NCBI RefSeq assembly: GCF_006345805.1
Contig: NW_021836808.1
Location: 1-38,318 of the forward strand
DNA: 38,318 bases
Direction: 5' to 3'
Source of the DNA: Octopus sinensis
Lineage: Eukaryota
This document shows positions 1-11,940 of this stretch, one piece after another. Each line of letters starts with the position of its first letter. Within the stretch, counting starts at the first letter, position 1. Position numbers and translations under genes: made by a program. Under the pieces are notes generated by a model, which saw only the letters and a list, made by a program, of their open reading frames with translations, was not told the DNA's origin and ran no database searches.

Positions 1-166
1 GATATCTCGGTTGTGTCATAAAGTCTGTAATTGAATTTCAGGTCTCAGCATGATATATGCCTATGTATGTATGTGTGTTAGTGTGTGTGTGGTGTGTGTC
101 TACATATACACACATACATATTAGTATATCCATATCCATATATATATATATATATATAGATATATA

Positions 167-239
<73 letters not shown>

Positions 240-550
240 TATAAATAAGGATAAGATCGTTAATTTTAAATCGATCTTATCAAGTAGCCAGTAAGAGAAT
301 AAAGACCTTCAAAGGTAATAATTATTATCAAAATTATAATTTAGGGTATCTAAGAAATACCTCCATGCTGGAAATAGCAGCCAAAACTTGATAAATGTTC
401 ATATGTTCATACAGCACCAATATGTATATATGCGTACACACATACATACATATATTCATACATATATAAAAATAGGTATTTAAGCTTATAAAGATGAAAG
501 TTAACGTAGGATGTACTTCTTTTGAAATGATTTCCTAATATAGAAATCCC

Positions 551-615
551 GACTCTTTATGTCTGTCTTTGTATTGCACCCCTCATCCTTCGCCCTGGTG
601 ACAAATAAATGAAAT
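551..615 (+). mobile_element. 3' UTR end remnant of an L1/Tx1-like LINE
   Basis: gactctttatgtctgtctttgtattg..cctcatccttcgccctggtgacaaataaatgaaat is nearly identical to the reverse complement of 16953-17017, which is attached to an ORF2 C-terminal remnant. Confidence 0.6.
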
Positions 616-636
616 CATCATCATTATTATTATTAA

Positions 637-668
<32 letters not shown>

Positions 669-722
669 TATTATTATTATTATTATTACAATTATTATTA
701 TCATCATCACCACCACCACGAC

Positions 723-790
<68 letters not shown>

Positions 791-825
791 CCATCATCAT
801 CATTATCATCACCATCATCATCATT

Positions 826-862
<37 letters not shown>

Positions 863-869
863 ACATCAT

Positions 870-901
<32 letters not shown>

Positions 902-911
902 TCATCATCGA

Positions 912-965
<54 letters not shown>

Positions 966-993
966 ATCATCATTATTATTATTATAATTACTA

Positions 994-1063
<70 letters not shown>

Positions 1064-1100
1064 CAGTATTATTGTTGTTGTTGTTGTTACTTTGCTTTTG
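611..1100. repeat. Compound trinucleotide microsatellite (TTA)n/(TCA)n/(CCA)n/(TTG)n
   Basis: Directly visible; explains the poly-H/I/M/N ORFs 609-1124 and 663-1262. Confidence 0.95.
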
Positions 1101-1136
1101 CTTTGCTTTTTGTTTAATACCTAATACATATAATAT

Positions 1137-1270
1137 GCGGCAAGCTGGTAGGATCCTTAGCGGCATTTTGTCCGTCGTTTCGTTCTGTTCATACTTAAAA
1201 ATTCTGCCGAGGTCGGCCTTACCATTCATCCTTTCGGGGTCGAGAAAATAGGTACCAGTCAAATACTGAG
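1137..1270 (+). mobile_element. SINE family A, degraded copy
   Basis: Similar to 18398-18627 (ggc..agctgg..ttagcggcatttt..ccgaggtc..tcatcctttcggggtcga..gtaccag). Confidence 0.75.
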
Positions 1271-1304
1271 GGTCTGTATCTTTGCCGAACCGCTAATTTA
1301 CGGG

Positions 1305-1470
1305 GTAGGCTTATGAGTGGCTGTGTGGTAAATAGCTTGCTTATCAACCACATGGTTCCGGTTTCAGTCTACGGCGTGGCACCTTGGGCAAGTGTCTCCT
1401 ACTATAGCCTCGGCCGACCAAAGCCTTGTGAATGCATTTGGTAGAAGGTAACTGAAAGAAGCCCGTCATA
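1305..1470 (+). mobile_element. SINE family B, 5' half (tRNA-like head plus central domain)
   Basis: gagtggctgtgtggtaa..accacatggttccggtttcagt..caccttgggcaagtgtct..aaagccttgtga..gaaagaagcccgtc matches 11030-11200. Confidence 0.85.
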
Positions 1471-1483
1471 CATACATACATAT

Positions 1484-1528
<45 letters not shown>

Positions 1529-1844
1529 CAATATATATATTGTAATAGACAATTTACAAGCTATCGGGCAGTGGGATTGAACTAGAAACTATATGTTTAC
1601 TAAGAGTGCTTCTTTACTACACGGGCATGCTACATTAAAACAAAAAAATCCAAAACAATCATTATTGTTACTTTTAATGTTTCGTAAGATAGTTTTAATG
1701 TTTTTGTAAAATAGCGATATTTTAAAAATTAATTTTTTATTTCTACAATATTGAAAAAATGTAAAAAGATATACAGTAAAATAACATATTCAGTTTTGCA
1801 TTTTCAATCCTATGGATTTTTAAAATTATTCTAAATATTATAAA

Positions 1845-2065
1845 GGTGGTGATCCAGCAGAATACTTAGAACGCTGGGCAAAATGGCTTGCGACATTTCT
1901 TGCTACCTTAAGATTCTGAGCTGAAACGCTATCGAGGTAACGTTTGCCCTTCATGTTTCTGGGGTCGATAAAAGAAGTACCAGTATGGTGTCGATGTAAT
2001 CAACTTGTGTCCTCACCACCCCATCAAAAACATTTCAGCCTTGTGCTTCTAAGAGAAAGAATTAT
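1845..2065 (+). mobile_element. SINE family A, old diverged copy
   Basis: Recognisable motifs (gcagaat..ttag, ctggggtcgataaaa..gtaccag..gtcgatgtaatc) with heavy divergence. Confidence 0.6.
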
Positions 2066-2091
2066 TTCAATCGTTATTTAATAAACATAAA

Positions 2092-2470
2092 CGACGACGC
2101 CGTGGTGATCTCATTCTTGCTCACAACATCATAAGCGGAAAGTGTAACCTCTCGAAAGAGCTGTTCTTCACTCCTGCTCCAGAGCGTCGGCTGCGGGTTC
2201 ATTCCGAAAAGCTCTATCTGCGGCGATTTCATCTCAATCGAAGGAGAGGGGCTTTCTCCGTCCGGGTTGCGGATTCGTGGAATAAGCTGCCGGACGAGAT
2301 GGTGAATTTGCCGACGACCGCTCGTTTCAAAGTCTCTCTTGACCACATGTGGCCTGAACTCTTTATCTGAACACCACCCTGTACATAACTCCATGTCCCA
2401 CTACATTGCCTTGCTTTTTGCTTTTTGAGCCAAAGAATTAACTAACTAACAAACTAACTAACTAACTAAC
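2092..2470 (+). mobile_element. 5'-truncated CR1-clade LINE: ORF2 C-terminus, 3' UTR and (CTAA)n tail
   Basis: Frame 2092-2370 reads RRRRGDLILAHNIISGKCNLSKELFFTPAPERRLRVHSEKLYLRRFHLNRRRGAFSVRVADSWNKLPDEMVNLPTTARFKVSLDHMWPELFI*, with the CR1 motifs R.RGDLI, RGH..KL-like, FS.RV...WN.LP and FK..LD; tail ctaactaac at about 2440-2470. Confidence 0.9.
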
Positions 2471-2520
2471 ATAAAAAGCATTATTATAAAGAAATTACTA
2501 TTATTATTAGTCGTTTATTA

Positions 2521-2740
2521 GGCGCGAGCAGGCAGAATCGTTAGCACACGGGGCAAAATACTGAGTGGCATTTCGTCCATCTTTTCGTTCTAAGTTCAAA
2601 TTTCGCTGAGGTCAACCTTGCTTTTCATCCCCTCGGTGTCAATAAAAATAAGTACCAGTTGAGCAAAGGGGTCGATGTAATCGACTTACCCACCAACCCT
2701 GAAATTGCTGGCATAGTGCCAAAATAAAAAATTATTAGTC
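2521..2740 (+). mobile_element. SINE family A (alternative 3' tail variant)
   Basis: ggcgcgagcaggcagaatcgttagcac..ttcaaatttcgctgaggtcaaccttgcttttcatcc..gtaccagttgagc..ggggtcgatgtaatcgactta. Confidence 0.85.
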
Positions 2741-2921
2741 GTTTGTTATAAAAAATTAATGATATTAATTCATGAACATTTTTATTATCATTTTTCATTA
2801 TTTTCATTATCATTTAATATATTTTTCATTGTTACAAGTATTCTCCTCATTATTCCTTCTCATTATTCCCACAGACCCCTGTGGCTAATAAAAGAAATTC
2901 TTTCCCTGCCACTCCTCATGC

Positions 2922-2929
2922 TGATGATG

Positions 2930-2996
<67 letters not shown>

Positions 2997-3120
2997 TAAT
3001 GATATAATAATATAATAATAATAAATAATAAATTATAATAATAATAATGATAATAATAATCATCATCACAACCACCATCACCACCATCATCATCATCATC
3101 AACATCATCATCAACATCAT
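2922..3120. repeat. (ATA)n/(CAT)n microsatellite
   Basis: Directly visible. Confidence 0.95.
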
Positions 3121-3841
3121 AATATATGCCCTAATGACTATATGATGTTTTGATAGCCGCTTATTGGCAAGCGTCTCTCGTTTATTGTTTGGTTCAGGAG
3201 ATTTGAATATTACAGTCTTTGGGTTTCATGGTTTTCGTTGTCTTTTGTTTTATCTATTTATTTTCTTGACTTTATGTCGTTTTTACATCTTTTCTGTTTA
3301 CTTTTCGTTACGCATGGTATTTTCTGCACGTGTTTTGAGCGTCTAGAGCCTCTTAGAGGTTTTTTAACCACATACACACACCGACACACATAGGCAAGTA
3401 TGTTATGCATATATTTGTGTAAGTATAGGTATATCTGTCTATCTGTCTATTCCACAATCTATCTATCTGTCTTCTGTCTCTTTCTCCCCCCTCTCTCTCT
3501 TTCCCTGTTTGTTTGTTTGTGTGTGTTTGTGTGTAATAGTACATATTTCTCTTAACCTTTGCGATAGTAATAACCTGGTGTAGAACTTAGTATAACGTGT
3601 CTTTGAATGACGCGTTCCTCGAGTACAGTGCAGTACTAAGAAAAGGGAAGACAAAAGGATAAACCTATGAACTTTATTAGCTTACAGATGTTTCCCTTAT
3701 AAGGCGTGATGGAAGCCTGAGTAAAACCTTACAGATTCATTAGGTGTTACTCGGGCGCTCAAATATTTATTCACCACATCTTATAGATGGAAACAGCTGT
3801 AAGCTAATGGAGTTCACAAGATACATACATACAAACAGACA

Positions 3842-4108
3842 AACTATGAATTCATATTCATACCAATAATAATTGGAACACTAGGTTTTGTTAGTAAATG
3901 CTTAAAGGAGAATCTGGATAAACTGGGATTTTCAGAAAGTAAAATTCACCGCTTGATTCGTACATTACAAGAGAAGCAGGAAAAATATGCAAGACATTTC
4001 TCAAGTTCCAAATGTGAATTTTTCTATGTTAACTACATCCCAAAGATGGAGCCTTGTATCTTTGTTGGAAACCGGCTCCCTCCCCAGTGGAAGCTCTATA
4101 ATAATAAC
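3842..4108 (+). mobile_element. 3' end of an RLE-clade (R4/Dong-like) LINE, frameshifted
   Basis: NYEFIFIPIIIGTLGFVSKCLKENLDKLGFSESKIHRLIRTLQ, then in a shifted frame GKICKTFLKFQM* (stop 4015-4017). The P..IG.LG motif and closing helix fit the end of a restriction-like endonuclease domain; short (TAA)n tail near 4097-4107. Confidence 0.7.
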
Positions 4109-4408
4109 TAAAACATAGAAGAGATATACATATATATTGCCAAGTATAAATGTAGTATAACATATACCACATATGTCATATAAAACAAATATTAATTGGT
4201 GTATTAACAGTGGAGTATAGAGAATATTTATCATATGAAAAATGTTTTTAATCCGCCTGTTCTGAGTTTCTCTCTCCTCTATTCACCATATTCATAAGCA
4301 GTGAATGGGGAAACTTACATTTTTTTCATCTTTTAGACGTCATACACAAACGTACATGCCTATGTATACATGTGTGTGTATATATATATATATATTCATT
4401 GTCATCGT

Positions 4409-4670
4409 GGAGGCACAATGGCTCAGTGGCTAGAGCAGCGGACTAGCGGTAGTAGGATCGCGGTTTCGATTCACAGACCGGGCTCCAGCAGAGATGATGG
4501 CGAACTTTGCTGTATTCTTACACCACAACTTTCACTCACTCTTTCTTCCTGTTTCTGTCGTATCTGTATTTCAAAGCCCCGGCCATGTCACACTCTGTGT
4601 CACGCTGAATCTCCCCGAGAACTGTGTTATGGTTTCACGCGTCTATGGAGTGCTCAGCGACTTCCACGTT
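4409..4670 (+). mobile_element. SINE family C, internally deleted and 3'-truncated
   Basis: A box tggctcagtgg and B box ggtttcgattc; body matches 35712-36070. Confidence 0.85.
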
Positions 4671-5354
4671 AGACAGGCAGACAGATAGATAGATAGATAT
4701 AGATACAGATACAGATATAGATATACACACACACACTTATATATGATTGATTGATTGATTGATTCTAGTTTCAGCTTATGAGCTGTGGCCATGCTGGGGC
4801 ACCGCCATATATATATATATATATAATAATAAATATTAGGGAATGAATCCAAAATTACAGGGAAAAATCAGATTTAGGGTTAAATCCAATTTTATAGTAA
4901 AATATTATATAAAATAATTCGAGACAAAACCACCATTTTAAAACCAAACAAGGAAAGACTTAATCAATACATATGTAAATATGTTTGTGTGTCTGTCTGT
5001 CGTGTACGTATGAGCGTGCATAATAATGTATTCAAGCATGATTACGTCTGCTCTATAAAAGTCGTTTTTAGCGTGAAAGAAGAAAAACTTCTTCGTTGTG
5101 GTCATATAATATATAGAGGTTAGCAGAAAAGTAAAGAATGGAAGGAAATTGAGGAAAAGAACGGAGAAAAAGATCGAGAGAGAGAGAGAGATAGCCAGAA
5201 ATGGTAAAGTCTGATCTCAAGATGTTGAACGTCATAAAAAGTGATGATCATAAAAGGTTGCAAATAGGCCATGCGCTCTACTGGAAAGGAACTGGCCCAA
5301 CGTCTGCAAGAATGAAAAGACAGACGTAGAAATTGATGATGGTAATGAAGATGA

Positions 5355-5520
5355 TGTTTCTTGTATTCTGTTACTTGTTTCAGTCGTGCTGGGGCACCAC
5401 CTTTAGTCAAACAAATCGAACCGAGGATTTATTCTTTGTAAGCCTATTGCTTATTCTATCGGTTTCTTTTGCCGAAGAGCTAAGTTACGGGAACATAAGC
5501 ACAGCGACACCGGTTATCAA
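5355..5520 (-). mobile_element. SINE family B, 3' tail fragment
   Basis: Reverse complement of the 11215-11350 tail (ttacttgtttcagtc..gctggggcaccacctttagtc..ttattctttgtaagcct..ttttgccgaa). Confidence 0.75.
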
Positions 5521-5771
5521 CTGGCCTTCTTGAAAGTAACCATGGATCTTGAGGCCATACCTTTTGGGTTGAGACTTTAAGAAACACAACAGATAAAAAC
5601 CTATTTCTATGCTGAACTGGATCCTAATCTTCTGATGCTAGGGTTTAATCTCGATGTGATTTGCACTCAGAAGAAAAAAAAGAAATCGCGAAATGCTGCC
5701 GAACATTCACTGTGTTATTCTACAATTTCTGTTCCTTTGTTGTTGCCATAGTTTAACCCTGGGTCAAACCT

Positions 5772-6007
5772 ATTTCTATTTCTTTATTACCCACAAGGGG
5801 CTAAACACAGAGGGGACAAACAAGGACATACATAGGCATTAAGTCGATTACATCGACCCCAGTGCGTAACTGGTACTTAATTTATCGACCCCGAAAGGAT
5901 GAAAGGCAAAGTCGACCTCGGCGGAATTTGAATTCACAACGTAACGCAGACGAAATACCGCTAAGCATTTCGCCCGGCGTGCTAACGTTTCTGCCAGCTC
6001 GCCGCCT
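5772..6007 (-). mobile_element. Full-length SINE family A with target-site duplication
   Basis: Complete head to tail; cctgggtcaaacct occurs at 5758-5771 and 6005-6018 (TSD of 11-14 bp). Confidence 0.92.
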
Positions 6008-6719
6008 GGGTCAAACCTGCGTGAGGATACCTATCATCAACCGCATTCCAGTCGTGACAACGAAGTATATTTATGATGATATAAGGAAACATTTTCTACT
6101 GTAACTTTTCTCGTATATGATTGTGGGATGTATTTTAAAAGCAAGTTCGCAGTTATATTTAGCATGAGAAGATGAGACTGCATCGAGGTTACTAAGTTCG
6201 CTTGTGTGTATATGAATATGTGTATTGTATGTATGTGTTTATGCATTTATTTGTTCATGTTATGTGTCGGTTTATATGAGCGTGTGGTACGCGTTTGCTT
6301 GCATATGCGTGAGTTAAAGTATGTTTTCATATACTTGTGATCTATGTAAACATGTATAAACATGTATTCTTCATGGTGTATGCATGTGCTGGCTTGTGAG
6401 TGCGTGTGTGTATGTGTGTGTGTGTGAATGTGTGTGTACATGTGCGTATGTGTATGTGTGCATGTGCATTACGTTTACATAGGAAACTGCTCATATTATA
6501 TATAATAACATTTACAAATTTGTATAACCAAAGAACACGCAATATAAATTTTGATTTTCTGTTTTCAAATACAAAATCAAAACAATCGAACAAAAATCAA
6601 AACAGAGCAAACTTATACAACATTCCCAACCCATCCACGTCAAAAAGAAATTATGAAACAGAACAAAAGTTCAATCAATAAACATGTGTGAATATATGAA
6701 TATATATATATTAATCATC

Positions 6720-6832
6720 ATCAAAATAAGCAACATATATATATATATAATATATATATATATATATTATGTATGTGTGTATATGGATGTATGTGTATAT
6801 ATAAGTATAAATATGTATAATGTATATATAAG

Positions 6833-6904
<72 letters not shown>

Positions 6905-7186
6905 AAGAAGCATTGAAATGTTAATAATTATTTCAACAGTGAAGGAAATTTCTTATTCAATATACACAAACGCACTATATCAACATAGACACAAACACGT
7001 GAATACATACGGACAATGGCTTCATATTACATTCTGCACACAGGAATATACACATATATACAATATATACATACATGCATGTATGTATATATATATTATA
7101 TTATATGGTAATATATATATATATATATATATATTTATTTATGTATGTGTGTGTCTATACTTGTATGTATGAATATTATCTATATA

Positions 7187-7237
<51 letters not shown>

Positions 7238-7299
7238 TATACATAAATGTATTGTATGTACATATACTTCCGTACATGCATGTATTTGGTATATCAATC

Positions 7300-7337
<38 letters not shown>

Positions 7338-7560
7338 TATAATATATATATATATATCTATATATATTATATACCTACACCAACACACGACCACACACAC
7401 ACACACACACACCACACACACACATATATTATATATATATACAGATATATATATTCATATATAGATTTGTTATATGTATATATATAAACAGAGAGATACA
7501 ACACCCACACACACACAGATATATATATATATATATAATATATATATATATATACATATA
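6720..7560. repeat. Compound (TA)n/(GA)n/(CA)n microsatellite region
   Basis: Directly visible; source of the YI/HT ORFs. Confidence 0.9.
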
Positions 7561-8571
7561 TAATTATTCTATATTTTTTCTAAATCCTTGCCATCATTCT
7601 GTAATACCATCAGCAACAGCATCGACAGCAGCAATATTGTTATCTGTTATGGACGATGCAAAGTTAGAGTGGTGCAACAGTAGCAGCATCGGAAGCTAGC
7701 AACCTTGGCTGTTGCAGCTGCACTTCCTGCTGCTTAGTAATGATGAGATATCCCAGAGTTTCCGCGTATATAGAATAATGGGCAAAGTTAGAATAACTTA
7801 TGGCAACAATTATCTTTCCCTCCAAGAGAACTACCGATAATAATAATAATAATGATAATAAAAAAAAACAAAAAGAAATTAGCACTGTCAACCATTCCCG
7901 ACGCATTCGCCATTGTCACTGCCCCCCCTTGAAACCGCTACATCACCCACCACCTTCTTCAGAAATAACTCTCGCCCTACCATCGCCACCGTCACCACAC
8001 GACAACAGCAGAACCACTATCGCAGCCGTCGCCGCTGCTGTTGCACCTGACTTCACCACCACCACAACCACTATTATCTCCGCGATCACCATGAACAGGA
8101 TCACTGCCGCTGGCATTCGTTCTTTTATGTTGAAGTTTTGCCAGAAGAGGAAAAAAAATATATGACATAGCAGTAAAATCGTATTCTAATATAATTATAT
8201 ATATATATATCTATATATATATATTATAATATATATTGACCACACACACACATATATATATATATATATACTCACATATATGCACTCACCTATATATATG
8301 TATAATATATATATATATATATATATAATATTATATACATATATACTTATGTGTATACACACACATGATATGTATTATATATGTATGTATATACACACAC
8401 GTTTGAGAAGGTATCACAAATGGTCATTACATAATTTTCCTTATACTGTGTGTATATATTTTACATATAAACACATTATATATACGCACACAGAGTGAGA
8501 GAGAGAGAGAGATTGAGAAAGCCCAATTGATAGTTAGATAGATATATTCTTTATTTATATATATATATATA

Positions 8572-8637
<66 letters not shown>

Positions 8638-8713
8638 TCGTCGAGGAAAGGTTTCTTATCCTGGCCTGATATTTGACCAAACCTTATAAGAGAAATTCGA
8701 AGAGGGTAACTGC

Positions 8714-9080
8714 CTTTATTGCCCACAGGGGGTTAAACATAGAGGGCACAAACAAGGGGGTTAGGTCGATTACATCGATCCCAGTGCGTAACTGGTACTT
8801 ATTTAATCGACCCCGAAAGGATGAAAAGCAAAGTCGACCCCGGCGGAATATGAACTCAGAACGTAACGGCAGACGAAATACCTATTTCTTTACTACCCAC
8901 AAGGGGCTAAACACAGAGAGGACAAACAAGGACAGACAAATGGATTAAGTCGATTATATCGACTCCAGTGCGTAACTGGTACTTATTTAATCGAGCCCGA
9001 AAGGATAAAAGACAAAGTCGACCTCGGCGGAATTTGAACTTAGAACGCAACGGCAGACAAATTACCGCTAAGCATTTCAT
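8714..9080 (-). mobile_element. SINE family A tandem dimer
   Basis: Two units joined at 8882/8883; the minus strand reads aaagaaata|ggtatttcgtc. Confidence 0.88.
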
Positions 9081-9814
9081 TCTACAATTGCAACTTAAAC
9101 TACTGCCGGGCTCAACACATTGTACCACGCTGATTTTTTCCTGGAAATTACACAAAAGATACTCATGCCTATAGAATATTCACCCTCTTCCAGCCATATA
9201 GACACTACCTCAAAGAGTAAGCCATTCTGTTGGTCAATTCGGCTGTTTATAATCGAAATCAATTGAGTGTGTGTGTGGATGGGGGTGGGGTGGGGGGCTC
9301 ATTATTGTTAATTATAACTCATATGTGTTTCACTTCATCGATACAAGGTTTACATATTTGTACTCGACCGGTAAATTATTTGGACGATTTATGTTGATTC
9401 CAATCAACTTTCTTGACAGATATCGATACCAGCGTTGTATAAATCTTCTAAAATAACAACAATAGAAATAATTGAATTTAAATTAATGAAGATAAAAAAC
9501 ATCGCTGACATTTTGAATCCCGTTTGGCCAGTTTGATGATATCGCAAAAATTTCAAATCTATTGTAAACATATTATTAATTTATTATTGATTCTTCATGC
9601 TTTTGCCTTCGTTTCGACATATAACAGATGTCTTGTAGTAAGACCTGGAGTGCTATCACGGAATGGTCACTAAAAGAGAGAGACGGACAAATGAGGCCCA
9701 GAGAACGGCGTTACACTTGACTAGGAACTCAAACCATAAAGAACGAACCTGAATAAACACTGCCTAAAAATTAATTTGTACAATACTCCAATAATTCAGT
9801 TAACCAACAGGTTA

Positions 9815-10022
9815 TTAAAAACCACACATTGGTCTCAAACTTTGGCACAAGGCCAGTAATTTCGTGGGGAAGCGGTAAATAACTGGTATTCATTTTGTCG
9901 ACCTCCCTAAACCGATGAAAGGCAAAGTCGATCTCAGCGGAATTCGAACTTGGAACGCAGAGACGGACAAAATGTTGCTAAGCATCATGCCTGGTGTGCT
10001 AATGATTCTGCAAGCTCACCAC
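9815..10022 (-). mobile_element. SINE family A variant
   Basis: ggcacaaggccag..actggtattcattttgtcgacc..gatgaaaggcaaagtcgatctcagcggaattcgaact..gctaatgattctgcaagctcacc. Confidence 0.8.
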
Positions 10023-10153
10023 ATTATATTAATATCCACGGATTACTGAAGAAATGTTTTGAGAAGACATTTGCTGTCGCTGGCTTTCTCTGTCTGTCAG
10101 TCAGTCTGACTGTCTGTCTGTCTCTGTCTCTGTCTGTCTGTCTGTCTCTCTCA

Positions 10154-10195
<42 letters not shown>

Positions 10196-10272
10196 CCTCA
10201 GTAGCAAAATTTCAGTCCAAAATAGAGAGATAGGCAGACAAGGACAGAGACAATCAGATAAATAGATAGATT

Positions 10273-10313
<41 letters not shown>

Positions 10314-10894
10314 TGAAAGAAAAGATGAGTGGTGGAACACCCATCATTTGTCTACAGTTCAACGATTTTATATTCTTCATCTAGTTTTATATTTTTAATT
10401 TTGTTTTACTAAATTTCAAACTCAAAATTATATAAAAAATAGAATCGAAATTTTATAGTATTGATTCCTTTCGAAATGTAATAAATTTACGACAAATTGT
10501 ACTTTTTTTTTCTTTCGTCACTAACGTTGTGTACAGTGCCCATTATAAGACTTGACTATGCAGAATTATGATCAAATAAATTCCAAACAAATTCATCTAT
10601 ATTTTTTCATGCATTGAACTATACTATAAGATTTGACAACTTTTCTAATCGTTTCGATGACATCAATAAAATCAACAAAATGTCAAATTACTGGATGTTT
10701 TCAATCAATTAAACAAGATATCTTCCTTGGAAACATTTTTTTTTTATATGCCTAGCTAAGAAAACTATATTAATGTGAGTGGAATACCGTATTTACCAGC
10801 ATACAAATCGATGCAGTTTATAGTGTGAACATGTAGTATTAACATTCATATATCAACAACTTTTCAAGTTCGACCGCATTTCACAGACAGTTTT

Positions 10895-11003
10895 GTTCCG
10901 GTTTCAGTCACAATGCGTGGCACCGTGGGCAAGTGTCTTCTACTATAGCCTGGGCCGACCAAAGCGCTATGAGTGGATTTGGTAGACGGAAACTGAAAGA
11001 AAA
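10895..11003 (+). mobile_element. SINE family B central fragment
   Basis: gttccggtttcagtc..gggcaagtgtcttctactatagcc..gtggatttggtagacggaaactgaaagaa. Confidence 0.85.
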
Positions 11004-11029
11004 TATGTATATATGTATATAAATATATA

Positions 11030-11352
11030 TAGGCGCAGGAGTGGCTGTGTGGTAAGTAGCTTGCTAACCAACCACATAGTTCCGGGTTCAGTCCCACTGC
11101 ATGGCATCTTGGGCAAGTGTCTTCTACTATAACCCCGGGCCGACCAATGCCTTGTGAGTGGATTTGGTAGACGGAAACTGAAAGAAGCCTGTCGTATGTA
11201 TATATACATACGTCCCCGTCACTTAGCGGTTCGGCAAAAGAGCCCGATAGAGTAAGTACTGGGCTTACAAAGAATAAGTCCCGGTGTCGATTTGCTCGAC
11301 TAAAGGCGGTGCTCCAGCATGGCCGCAGTCAAATGACTGAAACAAGTAAAAG
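11030..11352 (+). mobile_element. Near full-length SINE family B
   Basis: tRNA-like head (gtggctgtgtggtaag, ggttcagtccc), central domain, short internal (TA)n, tail ending gctccagcatggccgcagtcaaatgactgaaacaagtaaaag. Confidence 0.92.
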
Positions 11353-11814
11353 AAAAACCCACAAAAGAAACAAAACGCAAGGTGGTGTGGAAGTCAAGAA
11401 GATCGGTTAAAGGCACTAAAGAGCTGGTACTCAATAAGACCTAAATTGACTTAACATGTAAGAGAATATATCATGTATGTGAGTGGGTATATGTATATGT
11501 GTATGTGTGCTAAACACGCGCAGGGACACACACATATCCGCACACATGTGTGCGTGCGTGCATGTATTTGTGTGTGTGTGTGTATATATATATAGACAGA
11601 TAGAAATAGAGAGAGCGATAGAAAGAGATAGAAAGAGACAGAAGAGTGAGAGACTCTGTGTGTGTGTGTGTTAGTGTTTATATATATTATATATATATAC
11701 ATATATACGTGTGTCTGTGTTTGTGTGTGTGTTTGTGTGTGTATACAATACATAAATGTATGCCATATATTTATGTATTATATATGTATGGTTATCCATA
11801 AGGTGAAAGAGAAG

Positions 11815-11940
<126 letters not shown>

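Noticed and set aside
609-1262. 171-199 aa ORFs with poly-H/M/N/I runs (likewise 2759-3120, 16615-17193, 24592-25547 and most other ORFs in the track)
   Set aside because: They are translations of stop-free microsatellites, with no domain content.
2074-2394. 106-aa minus-strand ORF
   Set aside because: It is the antisense shadow of the CR1 ORF2 remnant on the plus strand.
4409-4485. tRNA genes at SINE heads
   Set aside because: A and B boxes are present, but the heads continue into SINE bodies and lack complete cloverleaves.
7590-8165. GC-richer block with 80-121 aa ORFs
   Set aside because: It is built from degenerate CAG/CAC/GCC triplets; the ORFs are low-complexity with no motif and no convincing splice sites.
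9281-9297. G-rich run, possible G-quadruplex
   Set aside because: Only three clean G tracts and no functional context.
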